DNA from: Phoronis australis | Lineage: Eukaryota; Animalia; Phoronida | Direction: 5' to 3' | Assembly (NCBI GenBank): GCA_002633005.1 | Contig: NMRA01000547.1 | Location: 1 to 61,001 of the forward strand | Length of the DNA: 61,001 bases | Part shown: positions 27,381 through 38,956 of the stretch, one piece after another | Layout: the number at the start of each line of letters is the position of its first letter | Position numbering within the stretch: the stretch's first letter is position 1 | Program-made: the position numbers and the translations under genes | Notes under the pieces: generated by a model | The model's database searches: none | Seen by the model: only the letters and a program-made list of their open reading frames with translations | What the model was told of the DNA's origin: nothing

Positions 27381-27559
27381 GCGAACAGTTTGTCCCGTCA
27401 ACACGCCATCTTTTTGGTCACATCACGTGACCTATTGAATGTATGTCCGAAAAGATTTCTGCCCTAGACAGGGACGGACAGAAATCTTTTTGGATTGATA
27501 TTCATTAGGTCACGTGATGTGACCAAAAACATGGCGTGCTGATGGGACAAGCTCTTTGC
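27381..27559. mobile_element. Foldback (palindromic) MITE-like element
   Basis: Arms of about 80 bp (ttgtcccgtcaacacgccat...ggtcacatcacgtgaccta and taggtcacgtgatgtgacc...atggcgtgctgatgggacaa) around a short spacer. Confidence 0.8.
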
Positions 27560-28144
27560 GACATTTTTCCATGCCTTATTGAAAAAGATTTATTTATACA
27601 TACCTTATAGAATGTACTGTTGGCAATCCATTGTTATGGCTATTTTGGTATTTATACTTAAATTTCAGAGAAACAATAAACAAAACTCAAATAAGGAATG
27701 TGTTTTATTGTGTTTTGTTTAGTTTGACTAAAACAGGACCTTATCATGAACCTGCCAATAATCCATAGATAGTCTTTATGAATATTCATGTCACGGGCGT
27801 ACTGTCAGGGCCGTAATAATGTTTTCACTTCACAATTGCCAAGTAAAGGTTTAGTCCAGTTATCATTAATACCTAATAGCCTGGAAATAATTTGTTCACA
27901 TTTTCTCAATAAGTAACAATTATGAGCATATTCAGATAATTTATTTGTTAAATTGAGTTTTGGGTATTTGTCTGAAACATTGATGTTGAGTGAGACCAAA
28001 TCTCTGTAGCCAGAGCCTTGGATGGAAAATGGTAAAAGGTTATTACAAGTGTCATGTCAGCAGTGTTTTCTTTCACAGAGTCACATGTGTGCATAATGAG
28101 GGTGCTTAACTGGAGTTCCAAAACTCTTTATAAGAAATACTCAC

Positions 28145-28330
28145 AGGCATAAGCAAAATGCAGGTGACAGGTTGCTTCTTATAGATCTTTTCAGTGTAGT
28201 GGACACTCCTCAGCATCTGCCACAGGTACACCCTGATGACAATCACAGCTGGTGATACCCACCACCCCAGTGAGTATGGACACAGCAAGTTGAATACAAT
28301 ACCCTCATCCTCAGATATACTTATGTGAGG
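28145..28330 (-). CDS. Candidate minus-strand exon, unknown product
   Basis: Acceptor ttttttcAG and donor GTgagt; 186 bp, open in phase 0; no family recognised. Confidence 0.25.
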
Positions 28331-29551
28331 CTGAAAAAAATCAAACCACATTAATTTTGAGTTGCAGTTTAAACATGACCTCAACATGAAGGGGAAGGTT
28401 GTTTTCATAGCTGCAAACTGGTTGTTGTTCTTCAAAAAGCCAGTGGTCCATTATTAATGAAGTTTTAAGACAGTATAATTTTCAGCATTTTATGTGGCAC
28501 ATTTTAGTGATACATAGCAAATGTATTTTATTACAGGTTTTCAGTTTTGTTACCTATAAAGCTTGTGTGATTACTGATGAAAGAAAACAATAAGAATGAC
28601 TTGATAACACAAAAGTTATGTAGAATCGGTTCTATTGCGTTAAGAAACGAGAGTTCCAAGCATACCTGCATGTGAAGAGACCGAACATCAATTGCCACCT
28701 AAGCCTATTCCTCTGCACATGGCTCAGTACTCCAATCATGTTGTCTCTGTTGCTTGAGTATTGTTATTGTTGGTGAACTGGTGATGCACATTACGGTGAA
28801 CCTTTAAAAACATGGTAATCGCATAAAATGCCAATCTGAGCAGTACATAGATAACATTGATCAATACATTCCATAGGATACACATTTTCGCAAAAATATG
28901 AATGTATCTGAAATTGAAACTTCAGTGTTCTACCCGTTTCCAGACTAATTAAGTTTTTTTCCTGTGTTAACTTGCTAATACCGATGCTAGAAGTCTGTAA
29001 CAGCTGACATTCAAGGAGGATAGATGATTTTCGAAGCACCCTTTAGGCCCTCTGCCATGTAAACCGATGGATTGTGTTCTTGATAAAGTGAGTCTGCAAG
29101 GGCCTAGTTGCACACTCAAAGTACAAGAAAGAGTATATTAATTAAAAGCAAGCACTGTCATTAACCTTCCCCTGTCCCTAGCCCTTTATTTACCCAATCG
29201 AGACCATACCACTGATAATACAAGATGTAACCTGCTCGACCTTTATTAATGCTACTAATGATCTGCCTTTGGCTTATACCCTTTTGCCTTTGAGGAGGTC
29301 CCATACATAGTATATTGTTCTGTAATGATGTGACCACTCCCAGTGTCCTGCAATTTGAGAACCAGATTTCTTCACTGAATAACAGGCATCAAATTTGTTG
29401 CATCCTATTTCCAACCATAGTTTTGTATGATCTCACTATTCTCCCAACAAGCTTCAGCCTACTGGCACTTCCCAAGTTTGCTTGCATTTAATCCGAGGAT
29501 TCATCGCTGATCCAGTGGGTTGTGTTCAAGTGGACTAGCTAGCTGACTAGT

Positions 29552-29968
29552 CTGTGGTGGATTTAGAGGGGGGCTATGACCTCCCTAAAATTCTCACAGT
29601 TCCCATTTGGCAGTTCGGGGGTGCAAATGTTTGGTGAACTAAATCCTGGCCAATACTCTGCCCTGTTCCCCCAACTCAAAATCCTGGATCTGCCCCAGGG
29701 GCAGATCCAGTATTTTGAGTTAGGGGGGCCAGGGCACAGGAATAACCAGAATTTTGCGACATGCGCGAGCCCAGCCTGATGTAGGAATGCAGGGGTGTCG
29801 AATTTTTGGGTTTGTTTATCTTATTACTAAAAAAAACATAAACGGTAAACAGGGTTTGTTCAAGGGGCATGTGCTAGTCAGCAATTTGCACCCCGAACTA
29901 CCAAATGATATCTGGGAGAATTTTAGGGGGGCCATGGCCCTCTTGCCCCCCCCTTAAATCCTCCAATG
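29552..29968. mobile_element. hAT-like MITE with long imperfect inverted arms
   Basis: ctgtggtggatttagagggggg...cccccccttaaatcctccaatg; inner inverted match ccctaaaattctc...ggtgcaaat versus atttgcacc...gagaattttaggg; TSD not evident. Confidence 0.6.
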
Positions 29969-30640
29969 TGCTCCTGCTAGTACAATTTACAAGTAAAGTA
30001 TAGAGTCCCTGGTGATAGATGATGATTTTCTTAAGGCAATGAAAAACCAGGAATAGATTTGCAATTCAAGTCCAAAGTCTGAAAACTGCCGGCAACTCAC
30101 GACCATCGAGTGACAAACAGGGTCTATCCAACCACAATAACACTCTTTTTCAGTCACAGCATTGATAGGCCTAGGGCTAGGGCTAGCCTTGGTACAAATC
30201 AGTATACTAAATATACTACCCTGGCTGTGTGAATTTCGGGCTCTATTGAAGAAAAACACAGTGGAACCTAGCTGTATTTTGATACCGCTAGCTGGCTGGC
30301 TAGGGTACCACTGCAGACTCGACTCGATCACGATTACTATGGAATTCAGTATATAATTTTCCCACAAGTAATGGTTTCATCTAATCCTAAGAGTAATAGT
30401 TAGACTGTTCAGCTCATACAGAGAGCAACATCGTCATCAAAGTGTTCAAGAAACGAATAAATTACCTGATTAAGGCGAACTTCTCTTCTTCGAAGCAGTA
30501 CCGGAAACAGCTGACTTTGTCTGGAGTTGCCGAAAGGTCAAACCGCACAGCATTATGGGCAACATTCGTTTGTTTTGATCACGCAGATTTTAAGAAAATA
30601 AAGAATAAAAAACGTCTACAAACGGATCATATGACTTTAA

Positions 30641-31633
30641 GGGTGCTTGGAAGAATGCACTGGCCTTGGCAGAGAGGGGGTTGTTGTACCTGTAAAAGCA
30701 TATTTTGCAGTTGTTTTTAATTGCACTGTAGCATACTGTCACACTGTTGCTGATGAACATTTAATTGTCATTTGAAATGCATTAATGAGTGTCTGAAATT
30801 AATCGCAAGCACCACATCCACACCCAGCTGCCGGGCTTCTGTGCCACCAGCTGGTCTAAGTACACAGTCACACACAATTCTTTCTTCAATTTTTATAAAA
30901 AAATGAAAAAATATTCAATAAAAACTATTGTTCTGACTTTGATTTGTGGCAGAGAGAAGAAATAGTGCCAAAACTTAGAAATATTTCAAAGATCTAAATT
31001 CCGCCATTTCTTTTAAATAAAACCACATTTTTCAAATTTTGTTCAGAATAGTTCCTCTCCACCTGCTGACCTATTTTGCAAAGTAAAAACTAGAAGCGAT
31101 GACCGGTTTTGACTTTTCAAGCCGATTGCATGTGCCCACCCAAAACCTGGGATTTTTGAATTAGGGACATTTAACAGACAAAGACACCAAATGCAATTTC
31201 TTGCCCTGTTTTGCACTAAACTGACTTTTGATTGAGGGAATTGGGGAAAATTGATGAATTAGCACATGAAAATAACAATAAAAGTTTAATTTAAGTTAAT
31301 TTCCTGACCCCACAAGTGGAACATGTTCTCACCAAGGCCCATTGTGTATAGGGGACATATTTATTAGAGTCGATTTGCATAACCACAAAAGTCATGAGAA
31401 CAAGAAATTTGGCAGCCAAGTTTCATTCACAACATAGCTGTTGAGTGGTGAGCACACACAATGTATTCTGAAAAGACATGCGGTGTCACTAGCAGCAGAG
31501 GGAGAAGAAAAAGCCAATTTAAAAAAGGACACAGACCCTCCAACATGGACTACTGCAGCTCCAGCATACCAAGGCAGCCCAAGGCAGCAATAGACGGTTG
31601 CAGGGCTGTGCGTCTCGAGCATGAACACTGCAG
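30641..31633 (+). mobile_element. Kolobok(P)-like copy C: module Y (30641-31012) plus a deleted transposase cassette
   Basis: TTAA|GGGTGCTTGG start; internal TTAA at 31013; matches 20575-21437, then jumps to sequence equivalent to about 22101. Confidence 0.65.
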
Positions 31634-31639
31634 CAAAAG

Positions 31640-34325
31640 GATCACAAAAGTTTTGCTGCTCTTATGAGGAATCTGGTCTGGACTTTGAAAACAGACGCAG
31701 CGTACTAGGCAGCGGGATTGCATTGTATCTTTCCGGTACAAATCTTCTCCGACCTCAGCAGGAACCCAAACTTCTTTGTACACGTAAAAAGTGTGAATCG
31801 AAGACTAGTAAAAAGAACTCGATTAGTGTTTACTACAAGTGGCCAAGAAGCGTGCGCTGCATACTGTACCGGCTGTCGTCGACTGACATTTAGTCGGGAA
31901 CTTTCTATTCATGAAACGGGTAACATAGCATTGGCAAGAAATAAATATTGGCACTAATTTCTGAAAGTTTCTAATACCGTAAAAACTTTTGCATTATTTT
32001 TAAGAGAAATTATTTAACTAATCATAATTGGTGTTTTTTAAGTGAAAATGACCCACTGATAGTGAACACATTCGCACCCTTGCACCCCGAATCTTTCGGA
32101 AATTAGCTGTTACACAACAGTCACGCATCCACTCACCCGGCTGATCAATGAGTGACCTAGTGGTCTTACAGAAATAATTCCCGAACATTTTTAGGAGATG
32201 AGGCCAGCAAGTGCTATGTATTAAAACACGCTCCCTGCTTTACTGCTTGATTTACTTTCTTTGGTTACAATGCACACCTTACTTTGGCAAATGAACTCTG
32301 ATAACAAGCACACGCACGCTTACACACGCGTGCGCGTGCGTATGCAAACTTCAAAACAAACGTCACGTGACAACATGTGTTTTCCTCCAGAGATTCTTCT
32401 GCGGACTACAATCTAGCACTGCAGTTACTAATCCAAACTCCACAAGAACTTTTAGAGATGCTATTTGGAAAACTTAAGGATTCCAGGTAATTTGTCGAGG
32501 TGAACCTGTATTCTTATTCGAGAATTCAAGTTGCTCTATCAATGATTGCGAGACCGGCAGCTACGCATTTGTCGGCGAGATTTCGCCCTCCCGGGATTTC
32601 AGCACAATTTTTTGAAAAATGATCGTAATTTAACAACAAATTTTGATAGCATTAATGGATCACAATTTTGTAGAAAATAAATAATAATATTCTGGACTTT
32701 GTCTTAGCACTTTAATGCATAGTGTGCGTTAAGTGAGTCGACAGAACAGGTGATTGTGTAGAGGAATTGTACGCAAAATTGCTCAGGTGGCTTGGTTCTG
32801 TCAAGGAAAAACAAGATTTTTCACCACCCTCCGCCGTGGAGTATTTGTTGCCGTTTCTTTTAAGGGAAATAATATTTTGCAGTTTCCTAGATACATTTTC
32901 TTGCCGCCCTCAAAATGAGCGCTGTATACTTTATGCCACAAAATCGCAAAGAATTTAAAAAATCTGCCTTTGCTACCAGAGCTACCAATGTTTCTGACCC
33001 ATCTTTTATGCAGTTCTTGATCCTTGGAAACAGGCAGTAATTAAATTCTTTATCTCACTAACTGTTATTATAGCAGCCAGGCACACAACATGTATAACCT
33101 CCCTGTGGCCGGTTCGCCCCCACGCTTGCCGACGTCCTTGTTTACTGAATAATACCACATTAACCACAATGCAACAGTCTGACCCATTTCCAATATGGCA
33201 GCGTTGCAACTCCGTTATTGGCCTGCTTGTTGTCGTACGGGACGAAAGACTGTGCTGGGCAGTTAACAAAGGAGCCAGATGTTATTGCACGCTAAGAACC
33301 CCTCAAGTCTGGAAAAGTTGCTAAACCACAGAACGCCGTCATGAGTTTTATGAAAATGCATCAATGAACTCTGAAGATAAATAGGAAAACAAAAAAATAA
33401 AATTGTCACAAGAGGGTACACCAATCGTTGGATTGGTCAAAAACCATTGAAATGCATTCACGACTACATTGCGATTAGTTCAATGACAACACTGTCACCT
33501 ACAGTTTACTTCGATGTCTGTTAATTACCAAAGCCAATATGAATGCAAAAATCAACTTGTCATTAACATAAGACGACCACGTTCCATGTGGTCAAAAACT
33601 TCTTTTTTTAACTTTTGATTTGCCTGATGGCTTTTTTTGCTTAATTATTTTGGCAGCTGACATAATACCCCTAGAGTCTAATAGTAGTATCGATTGTTGA
33701 GCAGGTGCTTTGAACAACAGCGTTGTTGACTTTAAACTCAAAATGAAATATACAATGTATATAAAATGTTACATTGTTTATTAAAGTGTTAAATATGAAG
33801 ACCTGTCACTCATTAGCAGTGTTTAGTTGCCTAAGTTCAAAGTATTCAGTAAGAAGACCTGTCAATCATTAGCACCTGCTTGGTTGCTTAAGTGTCCAGG
33901 GGAAGCAAATCTTTACACAATCAAGTGCTTCCCTTAAAAATACGACGCGAATTGGCGGAGTCTTGTATGATCTGTCTTTTCTCTCAAGAAACTCGCCCTA
34001 CTAAACGCACGCCTACCTGTAGGAATACCTTAGTTCTAAGAGATGACCAGCAGCGACCGAGGTACGTAAAAACCCAATTACACTCAGGATCACGACGCTG
34101 TCGAAGTCTGTTACTTCAATCTGCAGACGTATATTTTAACTCATATGCTTGAAGTCCGACGTCAGTGTAGCTCCGTGGGGGTAAAATCGTTTCTCCGTGC
34201 AGTAAGCACCAACTCCAGACTTTTCAAAAATTTCGATCTTAACCGCCCATGCTTGGCTTACAGTCCACCCCGTTTTTTAAGATTACCAATTTAAGGGCCC
34301 TGGGTGGTAACGCGGACGAGTACGG
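31640..34325 (-). mobile_element. Pogo/Tc2-like non-autonomous element, one end missing
   Basis: About 31895-32650 matches the reverse complement of about 52310-53055; the terminus ...gggtggtaacgcggacgagtacgg|TA is homologous to the TIR at 52091. The left boundary is approximate. Confidence 0.55.
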
Positions 34326-34619
34326 TAAGTAACAAGGCCAGCACAGCTACAACATTTCTTATCATAGGATGGGAATCACAAAAGTAATTGTCAATTTGAA
34401 AAAATGAAAGGTCAGCGGCATAATCAAGCCAAATTTTCTGCAGACAAACTACACTTAAGTGAAAATTCAACAGTTGACAGAGAAAAAGTAAAAGGCTAAC
34501 AAACTTAGTTCAGCTACTTTGTATGTTTAAGGATAACATGCAAAAAGTCACCTTTCTGTTTAAGAGCAAAAGCTCTAAATGAATCACTATCATAGTAGTG
34601 AGAGGACTTGAGATCACCA

Positions 34620-35114
34620 TATGTTATTCAATACATCCAAGTAGTGAAATATGGTATTTCACTTGTTAAATATATTTATGGGAGCATATGGACCCGTCTT
34701 ACTCCTTTTCCCCCTCATCTCAGTCTATTCTATTATTCCCTCGTGCAGGACTACAAGTCGTTTTCCCAGCCTTCGCATTGGTCTGCTGTTATCACGTGCC
34801 TCAAGTTTGGTCAGCTCTTGGCTCTTATAGGCCGATGATTGTCACGTGTCTTTAGGGGCGTTTTTCTTTGTTATTGTAACCTCGCTTTCAGTTCACTTTG
34901 TTCCAGCCACATTGCTGTATGTCTCACCCTCTTCCTCACAGTTTTCGTCTTTCTCTCGTACTTCCACGTGGCCAGCGGTTTTTATTGCCCATCTTGCCAG
35001 AGATTACCTATTATAAGTTATTTACATGACTTGTATTCATTTTATTGTAATTGTACTAGTCATATTAAAGTCCTTGTCTCACGCGTTGTTAACCCTTATT
35101 ACATGGTTAGAAGA
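34620..35114 (+). repeat. Possible isolated LTR with a PBS remnant
   Basis: ATTAAA about 35 bp before ...ttaCA (35103), followed by TGGTTAGAAG; 5' boundary unclear, no TSD. Confidence 0.3.
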
Positions 35115-37045
35115 TGTTATAAGGATCCAAGAAGTACCAACCCCATAACTAATACACGATCCGTACTCGAAAACAGTTTAAATGAACGCGCCACTCACGA
35201 TTCGCACCCGAAGAAACACCGCCATTTTGAACTTGCCGCGAACCCGGAAGTACAATTCATTCAGGAACCCAGGCCGAGAAAACGCCGTCAGTGCGACTGG
35301 AGCAGTGCCTGTACTGTTACCAGCCAGCAAACGGGGATAAAATGATCGACAGCGCGCCTTAATTTTAATAAAATCAAACTACAGACAATTTTATCGAATT
35401 TGCTGAAGAAATGTGGCGAATAAATTTTGACAGAAATTATTTTGCCAGACTCGGGACCGCAGCCTATCGGACCCGGTGCGGATCGAGACCAGACACTGGC
35501 GAACGGTAAATGCATGCGGTTGCAAGCTGTTTTGTCGAAGTAAAATAGTCAAATCATAAATGCTGCATATATTCAAGGGTAGTTTCAGACACTTGCATGA
35601 AATTACGGGCTGGTTAGTCCTGTGTCACACTGCCGCGGCAGACCTTAGTTAGCCTCAGTCACCAGCTACCAGTGAAGACTATAGTCAAAATACAGCTTGT
35701 TAGTAGGCCTATACAGCTTTGCGCCAAGACTACCCTTAGGCCTAACTGGTCGCTGGCCACAAACACAAAAAACACGAAAATTGAACAAAGTTTCTTTTTT
35801 GTAGCAACGTTTGTCAAAATGTATCAACGTTAAATCTTCACAAATTACAAAGTAGCCGATTGAACATGCCTTTCAGTTCAGCAAAAGTCGACATTGTAGG
35901 TGCCGCCAGAAATGAGACGAAGTCCAACGGGAATTGTGAGCACATTTATCACTTAATGAGTAACAACTGCGAGGCTGAAATTTGGTGAACACTGCTAAAT
36001 CGTGCAGAATAGTAAGTAAAGATATGTCTAACTAAATTTCACCGTAATTTGTTGGCGAAAACAATTTACACAAAGTTTTAAACTCGTAACTCATCCCGCT
36101 GTCCTCCAATATGGCCGACGCGATCCAAACAAAGTGACCCAAATTTCGCCACAAAACTTGCAATAACTTTACAGTGCTTGCCCCGATTTTGATACTTTTT
36201 CGATTTTTACTGAGTAGAATGTACTACCTTTCCGATGATAGCAAAGTACTTTTTCAAAACGAGGAAAAAAATAAAACCGAAAAAAATTTGGTTCGACCCA
36301 TATTGGTTCCTAGGTTCGACCGGCCTACGTAAGGAACTAAACACCAATGCTATTTTAACATACTAAGTACGCGTAACATTCCAAAAAAAATCAACGACCA
36401 CTAACTACAAACTATAAATACACTACATATGCAAACGAATCACGATATATTACTAATAAAACAAAATAATGAAGACTTTTCGAGCAAGCCATAGCACATT
36501 CAGTTACAAGGAAAAAATGGCGGCGTTCAGGACAAGTTCCTGAACTGATGAGCCGGAAATGTGGGTACGGAAATAACCGATGACAACCGGTAATCATACG
36601 CTCAGAGAAAAGGGTCAAATACGGTTGAAAAATCGCTTTTGGCAAGAAAGGCGAAAAGAATGTAAAGAAAGGATGTCGAAAATAAGATTTTATGTAGTAA
36701 GTATTTTCGGATACTAGAACCACATGGGCAGTTTGCAACAAGGACTTTAAATGACCTTATATCGCCTACCTCGGTCTCCTTTTCATCTCTGGTAACGAGC
36801 TTGCGACGCACGTATCATTTATCTATTATTCGGGACATATGTCGATCATAAAAAGTGTTTGCTGCAACAAAGATATGGCAAACAACACTGGTAGGTGTCT
36901 AAGTGATACAAGCATGTCAATGGATATTTTCCCTAGGAGAGAATCATACTATAACACACAGCGCAGGCCAATGAAAAGTCAGAGAACCACTGACTACTTG
37001 GACAGGTCTTACCCAACAGGAGAGTCATGAAATCTGTGAAATTCA

Positions 37046-37047
<2 letters not shown>

Positions 37048-37095
<48 letters not shown>

Positions 37096-37108
37096 ATATG
37101 TATATGTA
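37048..37108. repeat. (TA)n/(TATG)n microsatellite
   Basis: Directly visible. Confidence 0.95.
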
Positions 37109-37619
37109 TTACTTTGTATGTTAGTGTGACAGTATTATTGATATTATTTCTTTGCTAGCCAATTGTTTGTGTTTATAGAAACTTGTTTTGGCTGTTAGCT
37201 GAGTCAGAGACCAACCCATCCAGTGCATCCACACATTTTGATGATCTCTGTAGTAAACAAGATTGCATAATGGTCATTCACAGAATCATTGTATAAGCCT
37301 AAAGACAGCTGACCATTACCATATAGGGCAAACACAACAGAATAGTTCAGATGATTGTTGTGAAAGCAGAGTTGGCTTCCCGTTATTTCCTGTAGAATAT
37401 TGAATCATAAAGTTTAGTGCATGCAACCCACATATTTGTAACTTGTATATAAATCCATTCACTTGTCTAATAAAGACAGTCCTCATCTTGCTACTGCCAG
37501 TTGCTTTACTAGTGTAATTGAGTGTTCCACACTTAGTTACTGAATACAACCATCTCACTGACGGATGGAGACAGTCCACAACACAACACAATGCTGCTAC
37601 TAAGTCGAGTTATTCTACT

Positions 37620-37850
37620 ATTCTACTACAGAGACCAAGGGCTCATTCAATCAACAAATACAAGAGAAATGCCACAGTGATTGACAACTCAATGAACAGA
37701 AGTTGCAAATGGGGAAAATGTAACTAGAACTCAGCCACAAGTACATGAAGACATGCTTCCGTTCATCAGCTCAACTGGATATCTCTGGAAAATAGAAGAC
37801 ATGACATGAAACTTGCTTCACTCTAAAAAACTATTAATGGTGTAGTTGCA
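37620..37850 (+). pseudogene. Highly decayed CR1/L2-type LINE ORF2 C-terminal fragment
   Basis: ctcaactggatatctctggaaaatagaaga translates LNWISLENRR (LxWxSLExRR motif). Confidence 0.35.
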
Positions 37851-38118
37851 ATCAACTCTGCTGATTACTTAAAGGAGCTTGCCAACCAAAAAACAAGTAA
37901 CCTATTTTGTACCAATTTAGTAGAACTACTCGATAACAGCACATTCGGTTGTGTTACCTGACACCTGATGGCGGAGGTGTTGAAATTATCCAATGACGTC
38001 GTTGGTTTCACACGCTAGTCTGTTCAGCAGTTCACAACACGGGTTACTGGTGTAAGCGTATCGCTTGAATTCATCGTTTAACAAAAATAAATCACCAAAC
38101 TTCGATGTAAAACCCTTT

Positions 38119-38359
38119 GTGGTGTGGTGTCTTAGACACAGGGTTAGATGTGTAGTTAGTGTAGCTTAGTGTAGTTAGTGCTTGCACTTTCTAGCTTTCA
38201 GCTTCTACGACCACCTAGTCCTCTGAGACGAATTAGGAAGGCATATGTAAGACCCGCCTTGGTGGCCTTTAACTACCTCTAATGAAGACTCTTGCAGTAC
38301 CTCCTCGTGGTACACCATGGTAACTGGGCACCCTGTGGCCCCAGGCTAAATTTTGCAAG
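38119..38359 (+). ncRNA. HDV-like self-cleaving ribozyme at the LINE 5' end
   Basis: P1 GTGGTGT/ACACCAT (38312-38318) with G1-U wobble; P2 CTTGCAG (38291-38297)/TTGCAAG (38353-38359); P3 ACC/GGT; L3 TCCTCGT; GG of P1.1 at 38319-38320; P4 CTGGG/CCCAG; catalytic-C motif G-C38346-TAA. Confidence 0.8.
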
Positions 38360-38956
38360 GGATCTCGGAAGAGGTTAGGCTCTTAAAGGTGCAACGTGCA
38401 TGACCCATCGGTGTATGGATATGCTCTGGCATTCACCAATCTAACTCCCAGCTATGGGCAAATAGCACCCTTCATTGGTTGGGCTCAAGACTTACTGCCT
38501 TGTCCTGTAAAATACTAGCTTTTTGTGGCTGAGCGGACGTGGTGCCTTTCAGATGCTCTCCACATCCCTGGCACTCAACGGTCAGAAGAACTGCAGAGAG
38601 CTGCAGGTGGAGCCGACCCTCCCATCAGAGCGGACAAAGTGTCTGTTGGATACCTTACTTGTCCTACGCACTCAACGTTCAGGAGACGACGGATTGTCTT
38701 CTTGGTCAGGGGTCCGGGAGAGGTCACTCCCGGCTGCCACATTGTGTCAGTGAACATACCGGTGCGTGGCACTTTACCGATTCTAAGCCATCACCTCATC
38801 GGCGTCGGGTGGGCGTCAGGGGCCACGCATGACGGTGGGAGGGGTTCTTTAACCCTTATTGGTCAGTTGCTGCTCGCCTTAAGCCTGGCAGCCCCAGGCC
38901 AATAGGGAACTGACCCGCCGCGGTTAGCCTGCCCCTTTGGGCGTAGGGGGCTTTGA

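Noticed and set aside
34839-35345. 168-aa ORF with a hydrophobic start
   Set aside because: It spans an LTR-like segment and unrelated downstream sequence; no recognisable domain.
36288-36327. ggttcgacc repeats ending GGCC-TA (tRNA B-box-like or Zator-like end)
   Set aside because: No cloverleaf or A-box, and no partner TIR in the window.
38523-38905. Overlapping short ORFs as a possible LINE ORF1 or 2A peptide
   Set aside because: No CCHC, RRM or DxExNPGP motif; probably a GC-rich UTR.
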